From positions 3,648,001-3,712,000 of the forward strand of contig JASGHG010000001.1 of assembly GCA_047602425.1 (NCBI GenBank): 64,000 nt of DNA, given 5' to 3'. Of the stretch, positions 1 through 9,884 are shown one piece after another. Position 1 is the first letter of the stretch. Each line of letters begins with the position of its first letter. The position numbers and the translations under genes were made by a program. This DNA comes from Nibricoccus sp. GTDB taxonomy: Bacteria; Verrucomicrobiota; Verrucomicrobiia; Opitutales; Opitutaceae. The notes under the pieces were generated by a model. That model did no database searches. It saw nothing but the letters and a program-made list of their open reading frames with translations, and had not been told where the DNA came from.

Positions 1-733
1 GAATCCGATAGTGAGCGAACTTGGTGCGTTCACGACCTTCCTCAAGCCGATAAATAGATTCCCACGCTCTATGAACTGCCGCAATAGCTGCGGGAAAAGG
101 AATCAGTAACTTAATCGATTCATGTTTTTTTATCTCTGCAATATGACTTTGCATACTCTCCACCATGAATCCGACACTAGCAACTAATGTTTCTTGTTTT
201 GAATTGTCACATTGAAAACCAGGAATATTGAGCCATTCAGACGCTTTCTCGCTTAGTGTACGTTTGTTGTCGTATTTTTCTGGAATAGCATACGTGACAA
301 CCAAGTTATTTACCTTATTACTGCGGAGGAAATATCGCAGTAAAGGGAAGAAAAAACGCTTAGGTAGTGATGTGATATCTAAGATTATTGAATCCTCGAT
401 TAAACTTTCCAATTCTCTACCGATAGCGATTATTTTATGCAATTCGGTGAGTAGTTCGACAGGTCGTATAATCTCATTGGATTGACCACCAGAAGCGTAG
501 AACTCTGTTTGACGCTCTGTGAGAAGCTGTTTGCAGCGCTCCGTGTATTTGGATGGCAGGTCGTGGATCTCCAGCAATCGAGTAAATCGCAATTCGCTTA
601 AGCCCCTAAGCCATTTCCATGATGCTAACGAACGTTCTTCTGTACCTAATGCTCCCAAAATGCCCCATTGGTGTCGAGATGACAAATTAAGAGCCCAATC
701 GAGCAATCCCCAAGGACGATATTCGTTTGGCAC
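1..733 (-). CDS. Uncharacterised protein, fourth gene of putative defence operon (3' end runs off window)
   Basis: Not in ORF track. Manual translation from GTG at 733 (2 nt after previous stop) is open to the window edge: MPNEYRPWGLLDWAL...ILDITSLPKRFFFPLLRYF...VTYAIPEKY. Confidence 0.75.
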   Translation of the reverse strand, partial: MPNEYRPWGLLDWALNLSSRHQWGILGALGTEERSLASWKWLRGLSELRFTRLLEIHDLPSKYTERCKQLLTERQTEFYASGGQSNEIIRPVELLTELHKIIAIGRELESLIEDSIILDITSLPKRFFFPLLRYFLRSNKVNNLVVTYAIPEKYDNKRTLSEKASEWLNIPGFQCDNSKQETLVASVGFMVESMQSHIAEIKKHESIKLLIPFPAAIAAVHRAWESIYRLEEGRERTKFAHYRI

Positions 734-735
734 GT

Positions 736-2831
736 TTAGAAAAGTGGAAGTTCTTCCTGCCAGTCTTTATTAGTCTTCATTTGTTTTAAACGGGATGATC
801 GACGTGGGCTGGAACTACGTTTATTATCCAAATTTACCGTTGTAAAAAGGATCTCTGCTGCGCGTGCAATCTCTAATAGTTTATCGATGTGCCAATAGAG
901 AGGTTCTTTTGTGTGTGCAGCTGGAATTTGGAAAATTGGAGATAATACAGGGTTTAAATAAAACTTTATACGCTGTTCGCCACGTTTATTCTTAGTTGTA
1001 TGCGGAGTTGAAACAAGGTCACCATAACCCACGGCCTCTATCAAAAAGCGCCAAATCTCTCTATTGGATCTGGCTTCAAGTTCGTCTCGACGGAGCGAAA
1101 ATCCATTTGCTCCAGGATAGCTCATTGCAAGGTCGTCCCTGAGCTGTTCACGAAATTTTCGTCCGAGTTCATCTATAAATCGTCGGCGAACGTCGCCTCC
1201 GGGTTGCTCACTAAGTTTTTCGTGCCATTCACGACTGGCATTTTGGATACCAGCGACCGAGTTTCAGGTAGAATACTGCCTTCTGCGATGAGGTTTAGCC
1301 GCTTTGATTCAGAGTCTATAAGACGCTGCTCCTTTAGAAATAGGTCCCAAACGGCATGACAGAGATGGAGAAAAACAGTTATATTTGGGGCACTCAGAGC
1401 GATGACATCGTCACTGCCAAACCAAATTAAGCGTTGTGCCCGGCGTGCCGTTAACTGCAGCACTGCCTGCATTAGGCGTTCTTTGCGCCACCATTTTTTG
1501 AGCCAACTATTTTCTAGCGGCGGTGGTTTTGCGCGATTGGGCATTTTACCACGACCGCCTGTCTGTCTTCCCCACGCAGCGGCGAGTACTGCCAGTAATG
1601 GGTCTTTAGTTGTTAGATGTTGAAACCATTCGATCCATTTGGGCGACCAGTTTTCAGCCTCAGTTAACCTCAAAACACGGTTAAGCTGTTCTTGGCTGGG
1701 TGGACTACTTGCCAAGAGAGCAGCCCTATTGGAGGGGGCAGGTGAGCGACCGAAAATACGATTGAAGATCTTAACATCGGTTTCTACATCACCACCGTAT
1801 GCCCATTTTATTCTTCGATAAAAGGCATCCGAGGCAAACCTAGGAAAGGTCCATCCGGTTCGTCTTTCCCTTCGTGCAAGCATATCTTCAAGGTCTACTA
1901 GAAGGTAATCGCGGCGTGATTCTAACTTTGCGCCGCTTCCATGGACTTGCAGATACTCCGGTTGGTTCCATCCATAACGCCGAGTGCCAATTCTATAGTG
2001 AAGTCGAAGATCGCGAGACGCGAAGGCTCTATTTAGCATTTGGCGAAAACCAATTCGAACCCGCTGTTGGTGCTCACTGGCATCTTGGTGGAGCTCTTCT
2101 AACTGATCTACTCTTATAAAACATTTTACATCTCTCTTCAAGACGCCGCTTTGTTTGAGGCATTCAACGGTGCGCGCAATTGGCTCGCCAATAGCCGTTT
2201 TCGTTGCGGCGAGAAGATCAGGTATAGTTATATCTGGATTACTAATCCACCGTCGGTACGCTTTTATTCTGAATGAAAGGCGCTCTAGTACAGAATTTAG
2301 CGAGTCACAACCGTCTAGTGCTCCAAGCCAGCAGTCTTGTGGGGCCAATTTTTGAGCAAATTCTGCACTTCTCTCAATTTGGACGATGTTGTCGAAGACT
2401 TCTGGCCGAGTGCTGATGGCGACAATATTATTCAGCAGATCTTGAACGACAAGACTGTTGAAGAAATCGGCGAAAAAGAAAGGCAGGCGCTCGACGTCGA
2501 AATCATCGCCTTTACCTAGAGTTACTTGTCCAATATCGCAGATACCACTTTTGATTAAATGTATGCCGCCACTGACAAATCGTGCTGCACGGGCATTGAC
2601 TGGGAACGGCTGGTTTTTGTTGGCAAACGCAATACGAGTTTCTGGAAATAGTAAACGGAGGATCATTGACTTACCGCACCCTTGAGTGCCGCTCAAAACC
2701 ACATTACCCTCTTGAAATAGAGGGTTTATTGCCGATGTCAGTGGTATAGGACTGAATAAGTCTACAAAGGCTTCTTCATTGACGCTATCTGAAAGGTACA
2801 ATTCCTGAAATGGATTAATTTGCCAGTCCAT
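736..2831 (-). pseudogene. ORC/CDC6-like (STAND-related) P-loop ATPase, split by a 1-nt frameshift near 1258-1259
   Basis: Walker A GTQGCGKS and Walker B FIRVDQLEE in ORF 1173..2831. The alternative frame from ~1257 reads VAGIQNASREWHEKLSEQPGGDVRRRFIDELGRKFREQLRDDLA directly into MSYPG of ORF 736..1125. Confidence 0.75.
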
Positions 2832-2837
2832 AACCTA

Positions 2838-3899
2838 TTAAGCTCGTTTAGATCTGGGAAATAGCGGTTGCCAGTTTCCTGTCACTGATTTGTGATGAAC
2901 TAGTGGTAGAGTGTTATTTGGAGTATTACTATGGGAGACATAGGTTGCACCAGTTTCCTGATATCCAAACGCCGTGTATGGAGATGTATTTTTATCGGTA
3001 TGTGTACTGCCTGCAACCAATCCAAAAGTACTGTTGGCTAGTTTTTCAATTTCAGCGGCGATTTCTATTCCTTCTTTACCCCGCCTCTTGGGGCCTAGCA
3101 AATTCTCTTCGCTTAAAACGATAATCGGGGAAACATCTAGATTGGGAAGATCTTTTCGCAAATCGTTGATCTTGCTCAACCCCGGTGCACAAATAACTAG
3201 CGGGATGAATAGTATAGGGACGTTTAGATTCTGAGCAGCCCACTTAATTGGCCCAGTAACTTGTGTTCCGCTGCCAACAAAATCATCCAGCAGCACCAAT
3301 CGTTTTAGCGACGGAGCGCCCGCGGAAGAATTCGGTTTACTCATATATTTCTTAAATTTCGCTATAGTGCCATCTACTTCCTCAGGACTCTTGAAATGAT
3401 AATGATCGCGAAAACAAGGTCTATAATTCTCCGTAATGAGATTGATGTGGAGAAAATCTGCAATTTTCATACTATCCGTAACAGGACAGTACCACGTGAG
3501 AGTATGGAGTTCTTCTTGTAACCGAATTTGGAATTTTGGATCTAATAGTGAGAGTTTTTCTTTCTCAATTATCCATTGAGTGATTGGACCTGTGAAAGCC
3601 GTTTGATACAACGCTTCCATGTCATCTTGAGAGAAGTATGTAATGCGCCGCGCATATTTTAAGAGTAATTGCCTCTCCTCATCGGTTTTTACATTCCCCA
3701 TCCATTTGGCGAGTCGAACCATGTAGTCTGCATTAAAAGCTGGATTTTTTGTAGGAAGATAGTTGCGCCAATCATTGTCGGAAAACCACTGCAACCTGTC
3801 GTAAATCGCTTGATATTGAGATGCTAAACCGGGTTCCAAATCTGGACCTTGAGTTAAGTCCCAATTTTTAATTAATCTTTGGAGCTCCAAGAGGTCCAT
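2838..3899 (-). CDS. Phosphoribosyltransferase-like conflict effector (PRTase-CE-like)
   Basis: PRPP-binding loop LVLLDDFVGSGTQ; C-terminal FGY...SHSNTPNNTLP...WQPLFPR typical of PRTase-CE proteins. Confidence 0.75.
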   Translation of the reverse strand: MDLLELQRLIKNWDLTQGPDLEPGLASQYQAIYDRLQWFSDNDWRNYLPTKNPAFNADYMVRLAKWMGNVKTDEERQLLLKYARRITYFSQDDMEALYQTAFTGPITQWIIEKEKLSLLDPKFQIRLQEELHTLTWYCPVTDSMKIADFLHINLITENYRPCFRDHYHFKSPEEVDGTIAKFKKYMSKPNSSAGAPSLKRLVLLDDFVGSGTQVTGPIKWAAQNLNVPILFIPLVICAPGLSKINDLRKDLPNLDVSPIIVLSEENLLGPKRRGKEGIEIAAEIEKLANSTFGLVAGSTHTDKNTSPYTAFGYQETGATYVSHSNTPNNTLPLVHHKSVTGNWQPLFPRSKRA

Positions 3900-3900
3900 C

Positions 3901-5082
3901 TTAACGGTGGTTTAATAGACCAGTAGTTAAATCTGCTGCGACAGCGCCGAGGGGCGGGGGGACGGCATTACCGATTATCCGATATTGAGCAATTTCGCTT
4001 CCTCGGAAAACATAGTTATCGGCGAAGCCTTGAATACGCGCTGCTTCTCGAACTGTAAAACCTCGGTGATGTTGCGGGTGCAGAAAATAACGCGGAGAGC
4101 CAAACCGAGTGTCAACCGTGCAACTTGGCTTATTCCAAGCAAGTCGTCGAAACTTTCCATTAAATGTTCCCACGAGGTCAATGCCTCCTTCGACACGCCT
4201 CAAGTAGCCTTTTGTAATCAGCCCTTCTGTTAATCGGTGAAAGCGGATGCCTAGTGCTGCTTCCAATCGCTCAATGCTTACAGGATCTGCGTCACCATGA
4301 TCTCTTTGGCGTTCCTGTCTTCTCAGACGCCGCAACAATTCAAGAACCGTGCGTTCGTGTTCAGTTGTACGTCCGAATACCTCAGGAATATCCCATGTAG
4401 CTATAGCATTTGCCCCCCCGCGTACATTTGACAATTTCTGTCCCTGTTTAATCCGCAATGCGATCTTCCAATCACGAGAGCCGACAGATAAGTTGCGAGG
4501 TAGATGGTTTGAGTGGGAACTTACCCCTCGAAGAACAGTGTGAAGATCGCTAGGCTTAAACCTAGGTATCACGAATTTCATGTCCCGACCAGTTCGCCAC
4601 GCAAAGAAGAGTACACGACGTCGTAGTTGTGCCATGCCGAGTTCTGATACTTGGCAACGCAGAGTATGTGTGCGATAACCACGAAGCCTCATCAAATATT
4701 CGAGCGACTTGAAATATTGGGCGTGTTCACCAGAGAGGGCGCCAGCGACATTTTCGACCACGAGAACTTTGGGTAATACGCGGTTGGCTAAATAACCGGT
4801 TAGGGTGAGCAGGTGGTTTCGATGATCATCAACTTGCCGCTTACCCACTGTAGAGAACCCTTGACAGGGAGGCCCAGCGATCAGTGCGTCGACTCCGTTT
4901 AATGTGTGCTCGTTCGGTATCCCGTTCGTCAGGTCTGCTCGGAAAATCGGTCCACCAACGTTGGCAGAAAAATTTTCGATAGCTTCTGGGTCACAGTCAT
5001 AAGCACCACTCGGATTGAAACCACGGGATGAGAACCCGAGATCAAAACCTCCACATCCAGAGAATAGACTAGCGAACTTCAT
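3901..5082 (-). CDS. DNA (cytosine-5)-methyltransferase
   Basis: Motif I LFSGCGG, IV GPPCQGFS, VI ENV, VIII QLRRR, IX REAARIQGF, X GNAVPP. Confidence 0.95.
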   Translation of the reverse strand: MKFASLFSGCGGFDLGFSSRGFNPSGAYDCDPEAIENFSANVGGPIFRADLTNGIPNEHTLNGVDALIAGPPCQGFSTVGKRQVDDHRNHLLTLTGYLANRVLPKVLVVENVAGALSGEHAQYFKSLEYLMRLRGYRTHTLRCQVSELGMAQLRRRVLFFAWRTGRDMKFVIPRFKPSDLHTVLRGVSSHSNHLPRNLSVGSRDWKIALRIKQGQKLSNVRGGANAIATWDIPEVFGRTTEHERTVLELLRRLRRQERQRDHGDADPVSIERLEAALGIRFHRLTEGLITKGYLRRVEGGIDLVGTFNGKFRRLAWNKPSCTVDTRFGSPRYFLHPQHHRGFTVREAARIQGFADNYVFRGSEIAQYRIIGNAVPPPLGAVAADLTTGLLNHR

Positions 5083-5672
5083 ATGAGATCCTTACGCTAG
5101 TGTGGCGTTGCGCAGATTATTCTTTAAGAATGGACGCCAATTTAGTGACAAGTTTGGGTTTAAGAGACGTCGTAGGTACATTGCTGGAAGCCCTCTTTTT
5201 TTGTATCAGGCGGGAGATGACTAGTTTGATAATTTCTGCGATTACGCAATCTTGGATTCTTCCTGCGTACAGAAATTAACGAAGACGCAGAACGCAGATA
5301 CGGAGCAGGCAAGCAGTGAAGGCTGGCAGAAATTTAATGTTTTAGATTGAGGAGGTTTTTGCAGAACGGTGGGTGATGATGGCTGCAAGGCGATATCTGG
5401 GGAATTTGTCTTGGCTACGGAGACTTATTATCATCGGGCGAGGGCTTTTTTGGGTTGGGCTGCATTTGTACAATGGCCTGCACAGTGGCGGTCACGTCCG
5501 CCTTGTCGACGTGGAGGTATTTCTGAGACGAGCGAATGACGGTCTCAGGCTTTGACTCATGAGAAACGCACCACGTGGCGCGAGTAGAAAGGTGGCCTCA
5601 CACGCAACTACCTTGGTTGATGTCTCGGTGGATTACGTTGTGGTGCAGAATCGTAAAACAAGACTGCAAAGC

Positions 5673-7157
5673 CTACTCGGTGGTCCACGAACGGGCACGC
5701 TCGATGGCTCGGCTCCAACCTCGGCGGTGAACTTCGCGTTTCGTTGAGTCCATTGTCGGGAGGAAGCGGTGCTCTTCGCTCCAGCGCTGGGCGATTTCTG
5801 ATGGTTCGCGGAAGATTCCTACGGCGAGACCGGCGAGGCAGGCGGCGCCGAGAGCGGTTGTCTCCACCGTATTTGGCCGAACCACGGGACAGTTGAGAAG
5901 GTCGGCCTGGAATTGCATGAGCAGGTTGTTGGCGGCGGCGCCGCCGTCGACGCGCAGCTCTTTGAGATGGATGCCGGTGTCGGCTTCCATCGCTTTCAGG
6001 ACATCGGTTACTTGGTGGGCGATCGCTTCGACTGCGGCTCGCGCGATATGGCCCGCTCCAGTTCCGCGCGTCAGACCAAGGATGGCGCCCCGGGCATCTT
6101 GATCCCAATACGGCGCACCCAAACCAACGAAAGCCGGCACAAAATAAACTCCGCCGTTGTCGGGGACCGACGTGGCCAGTCGCTCGACTTCGCGCGCCTC
6201 GCGGATGAAACCGAGCGCATCGCGCAAGTACTGAACCACGGCACCCGCCACAAAGACGCTGCCTTCCAGGGCGTATTCGATCCGACCATTGAGGCGCCAG
6301 GCGATCGTGCTGAGCAAACGCTGGCGCGAACGCACGCGCTCCAGCCCGGTGTGCATGAGCATGAAGCAGCCCGTGCCGTAGGTGTTTTTGGCCATGCCGG
6401 GTTGCAGGCAGGCTTGCCCAAACAGGGCGGCTTGTTGGTCGCCCGCGATGCCGGCGATGACCACACCCGGCACGACTTCGGTGGCGGTGGCGTAGACTTC
6501 GCTTGAATCCCGAATCTCGGGGAGGAGCGCGCGGGGAATGGTGAAGAGGGCCAGCAGCTCGTCGTCCCATCTGCCCGAGGAAATATCCACCAGCATCGTG
6601 CGCGAAGCGTTCGACGCATCGGTCAGGTGGGACTGGCCGCCCGTGAGTTTCCACACGAGCCAGGAGTCGATCGTGCCAAAAGCGAGTTCGCCTTTTTCCG
6701 CCTGGGCTCGCGCCCCCGGGACGTGATCGAGCAGCCAGCGAATCTTGCTCGCCGAGAAATATGCATCAATGACCAAACCGGTTTTCTCCGCCACGAAAGG
6801 CGCGTGACCGGCCTCGCGCAGTTGTTCGCAGTAGGCGGCGGTCCGCCGATCCTGCCACACGATGGCCGGCGCGATGGGACGTCCCGTTTTTCGATCCCAG
6901 ATCAGCGTGGTTTCGCGCTGGTTGGTGATGCCGAGCGCAGCGAGATCGCCGGGGCGCAAGTGAGCCTTGGCCAGAGCTTCCGTGATCGTGGCCGCCTGGC
7001 TTTGCCAGATTTCCTCGGGATCGTGTTCCACCCAGCCTGGCTGCGGAAAGTACTGGGGAAACTCCCGCTGTGCGGAGGCGACGAGTGCTCCCGCCGAATC
7101 GAATATCATCGAGCGCGAACTCGAGGTGCCCTGATCGATGGCGAGGAGATACTTCAT
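5673..7157 (-). CDS. glpK: Glycerol kinase
   Basis: [50 protein letters not shown]. Confidence 0.97.
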   Translation of the reverse strand: MKYLLAIDQGTSSSRSMIFDSAGALVASAQREFPQYFPQPGWVEHDPEEIWQSQAATITEALAKAHLRPGDLAALGITNQRETTLIWDRKTGRPIAPAIVWQDRRTAAYCEQLREAGHAPFVAEKTGLVIDAYFSASKIRWLLDHVPGARAQAEKGELAFGTIDSWLVWKLTGGQSHLTDASNASRTMLVDISSGRWDDELLALFTIPRALLPEIRDSSEVYATATEVVPGVVIAGIAGDQQAALFGQACLQPGMAKNTYGTGCFMLMHTGLERVRSRQRLLSTIAWRLNGRIEYALEGSVFVAGAVVQYLRDALGFIREAREVERLATSVPDNGGVYFVPAFVGLGAPYWDQDARGAILGLTRGTGAGHIARAAVEAIAHQVTDVLKAMEADTGIHLKELRVDGGAAANNLLMQFQADLLNCPVVRPNTVETTALGAACLAGLAVGIFREPSEIAQRWSEEHRFLPTMDSTKREVHRRGWSRAIERARSWTTE

Positions 7158-7372
7158 CGGCAGATGAGGAGGGGTAGGAAGACAACGTTCGGTCGCTTAG
7201 AGCGAAGGCGCTACCTCCCGGTAGTCAAGGCCGAGCCGCGGCGAATCGGACTTGCCGGTGGCACCCAGGTGTGACGAGGAAATGCACACTCAGGCACCGA
7301 GGCAAAAAGAGTCTTTGCGGATCTCTGCGATCTTCGTGTTAAACCATTTATTACTCGGTCTGGCATCAACAA

Positions 7373-7427
7373 GGTAGGGGCAATGCTCCGTCATTGCCCG
7401 AGGACATTGCGGAGCATTGTCCCTACC
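7373..7427. repeat. GTAG-type REP-like palindrome
   Basis: GGTAGGGGCAATGCTCCG...CGGAGCATTGTCCCTACC inverted repeat; related to copies at 20573 and 23083. Confidence 0.7.
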
Positions 7428-7565
7428 GGCGCTACCGCGCCAAAGTGTCAAATCGAGAGGTAAATGGAAATGAACGATGTGGATGGAGGCCGGTTAGACA
7501 GAACTGTCGAGAAGAGCGAGAAATTATCCGGTGCCGAGAAAATCCCTTGAGGGAAAGGCCGGTGC

Positions 7566-7778
7566 CTAGCGCGTCTTGGCGCGGGCGGTCTCTTTGGTCT
7601 GCTTTTCGGCAATCATCTTGACGGCTTGTCCAATGCGGGCGGCGCGGGTTTCGGGGCGCTTGGCTTCGCCGATCCATTTCAGATATTCGCGTTGGTGGGC
7701 CGCGGTGCAGTCGGCGAAGAATTCGCTCAAGCCGGCCTTGGCGAGCGCGGCTTCCAAATCAGGCAGTGGCGTGGACAT
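7566..7778 (-). CDS. YdeI/OmpD-associated family small protein
   Basis: PDLEAAL...HQREYLKWIGEAKRPETRAARI signature. Confidence 0.85.
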   Translation of the reverse strand: MSTPLPDLEAALAKAGLSEFFADCTAAHQREYLKWIGEAKRPETRAARIGQAVKMIAEKQTKETARAKTR

Positions 7779-8559
7779 GGTGGGGTGTGCTTTTCGAACT
7801 CCAGCGATAAAAGATCAGGCCGATGACGAGCAAGGTCACGCCGAGGCTGCCGGTTTTCATGATGGCGGCGCCCAGGAGTTGGTCTTCCATCGGGCCGAAG
7901 GCGGCGAAGAGGCGTGGCGCGTATTCGTAGGTGGGATACAGGACGTTGTCGGAAAAGGCGATGAAGGCGAAGAGCGGCGTCATGCCGATCGTCACGGCGA
8001 CGAGGTAGAGCACGCGACCGGCGTAACCGAGCGGCGGATACTCAGGCGATGGGCTGAGGATCGGCCACCAGTAAAAAAGCGCGGCGCCGAAAAACATCAG
8101 GTGTTCGAGCACGTGGATGTTTTTGTCGCGGAGCGCGAGGTCATAGAGTCCAGGAGCATGCCAGACGGAAAGGGTGATGGTATAAAGCAACCCGCAAACC
8201 ACCGGATGCGTGAACAGGCGCAACGGTACGTGTAAAGAAGACCGGCGTGTTATAGGTTGAAGCAGCCAAGTCGGCAGCCCGGTGAGAAAGAGCACCGCGG
8301 AAACGTAGATCAAGAGCTGGTGCTGGATCATGTGCGCGCTGAGAAGAAAACGCTCACCGGCCTGGTCGAGGGGTGAACCAACCGCCAGATAGAAAACGAA
8401 CAGGGCGAGGTAAAAGCGAAGCGCGTGACCGCGGGGAAACGGCTGGCCATGCGCGAGGCAGTCGCGGAGAGGTCCGGTCAGCAAGGCGAAGAGCCACCCG
8501 GCGACAATGAGTCCGCCGATCAGGTAGGGTTCATTGTGCCAGTGCCGCCAGTCGATCAT
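7759..8559 (-). CDS. ctaG: caa3-type cytochrome c oxidase assembly factor CtaG
   Basis: SPLD...LSAHMIQH, WHAP, HVLEH, DQLLG motifs; position in cta operon. Confidence 0.9.
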   Translation of the reverse strand: MIDWRHWHNEPYLIGGLIVAGWLFALLTGPLRDCLAHGQPFPRGHALRFYLALFVFYLAVGSPLDQAGERFLLSAHMIQHQLLIYVSAVLFLTGLPTWLLQPITRRSSLHVPLRLFTHPVVCGLLYTITLSVWHAPGLYDLALRDKNIHVLEHLMFFGAALFYWWPILSPSPEYPPLGYAGRVLYLVAVTIGMTPLFAFIAFSDNVLYPTYEYAPRLFAAFGPMEDQLLGAAIMKTGSLGVTLLVIGLIFYRWSSKSTPHHVHATA

Positions 8560-8562
8560 GGT

Positions 8563-8916
8563 TTAGCCCACTGCGCCGGTGCAGTGGGTGAGGAGCGCGC
8601 TGGTCAGCGGGGCGCTGGCCTCGCCGGCGAAGAGGGCGATAAGCGCGGCGGCGGTGCCGAGGGCAAGGATCAGGCCGATGAAAAACAGGATGGTGCAAAA
8701 GGCCTTGTCCCACTTCAGGTGCATGAACACGAAGATGACGAAGAGGAATTTGACGGCCGACAAGATCACGAGGGTGGAGACGAGCAGCCACTTCGCGAAA
8801 GGCAGGTAAACGAGCACGATCTCCACGCCGGTGATGACGGCGAGCACCATGGCGATCTGCACGAAGATGTGAAATTTGCTCTGCTCAGGATTCAGGCTGG
8901 CGGTGGAGGAGCTCAT
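8563..8916 (-). CDS. Cytochrome c oxidase subunit IV
   Basis: LAVITGVEI...KFLFVIFVFMHLKWD; start reassigned to ATG 8916. Confidence 0.85.
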   Translation of the reverse strand: MSSSTASLNPEQSKFHIFVQIAMVLAVITGVEIVLVYLPFAKWLLVSTLVILSAVKFLFVIFVFMHLKWDKAFCTILFFIGLILALGTAAALIALFAGEASAPLTSALLTHCTGAVG

Positions 8917-8927
8917 GGCGGGGAAAA

Positions 8928-9761
8928 TCAGAGGTATTCGAGAAGGTAAACGGCGGTGAAGATCACAATCCACACGATATCGACAAAGTGCCAGTACAAG
9001 CCCATCGATTCGACGTCGATGGCGTTGGCCTCGCCGAATTCGACCGCGGATTTCTTACGGCTCAACGCGTAAAGGCCGAGCAGTCCGGCAACCATTACGA
9101 TGAGGGAAACGACATGGTGTTGCGCGAACACGTCGAGGTTTTCGTGAGTTTGCAGGGCGTGGATGAAGCCGAGGATGGAAGCCATGCCGGCGACGATGGT
9201 GACGCCGAAGACCGCCAAGTGCAGGCCGGCGCGGGCGATCCAAGCGCTGCCGTCGGCCGGCTTGAAGGAACGGATGTACATCAGGATCAGCCAGAGCACG
9301 CCGATGGCGACGTGGCAGCCGTGGGTGCCGGTGAGCGTGTAGAACGTGTCGGCAAAAATTTGCCCGTGGCCGATCTTCAAGTCCTTTTCGTGCGCAAAGT
9401 GCGTGAACTCGTAGACCTGGCAGCCAAGGAAGATGAGGCCGAAGAAAATTGTCCCGAGCAGATTGTGACGCGTGCTTTTCAGCAGGCCTTTTTGAATGGA
9501 GTTCACCGCCAGCGCCATGAGGAGCGACGACATCAGGAGGATGAACGTGGAAAACGAGGTGAGCTCGATGCTGAAGACCTTGGCGACATTGGGAGAGCCC
9601 GGAGGTGGATGCAGCCGGTAGATCAGATGCGTCGAGATCAGCGCGCCGAAGAACATGCAGTCCGAGGCAAGAAACGCCCACATGAAAAGCTTCTTGTTGG
9701 GAATACCGGTCGACGTGGTGGCGTCGTGGTGGTGATCGATGGTTGCGGCGTGGCTGCTCAT
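8928..9761 (-). CDS. ctaE: Cytochrome c oxidase subunit III
   Basis: MWAFLASD, LTGTHGCHV, YWHFVDIVW. Confidence 0.93.
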   Translation of the reverse strand: MSSHAATIDHHHDATTSTGIPNKKLFMWAFLASDCMFFGALISTHLIYRLHPPPGSPNVAKVFSIELTSFSTFILLMSSLLMALAVNSIQKGLLKSTRHNLLGTIFFGLIFLGCQVYEFTHFAHEKDLKIGHGQIFADTFYTLTGTHGCHVAIGVLWLILMYIRSFKPADGSAWIARAGLHLAVFGVTIVAGMASILGFIHALQTHENLDVFAQHHVVSLIVMVAGLLGLYALSRKKSAVEFGEANAIDVESMGLYWHFVDIVWIVIFTAVYLLEYL

Positions 9762-9788
9762 GAAAATGGTGAGAAGATTATACGGGTT

Positions 9789-9873
9789 TCTTTATTCTTT
9801 CTCGTTCTCTTTATCTTTCGTCCGATCGAGGGAAAAGGCGGAGAAAGAGAAAGATTAAGATAAAGACGAAAGA
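9789..9873. repeat. Pyrimidine/purine low-complexity imperfect inverted repeat (intergenic)
   Basis: TCTTTATTCTTTCTCGTTCTCTTTATCTTTC opposite GAGAAAGAGAAAGATTAAGATAAAGACGAAAGA between ctaD and ctaE. Confidence 0.5.
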
Positions 9874-9884
9874 TTAGGTGGAAA

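Noticed and set aside
1250..1270. Programmed ribosomal frameshift in the ATPase
   Set aside because: No slippery heptamer or homopolymer at the junction; mutation or sequencing error is more likely.
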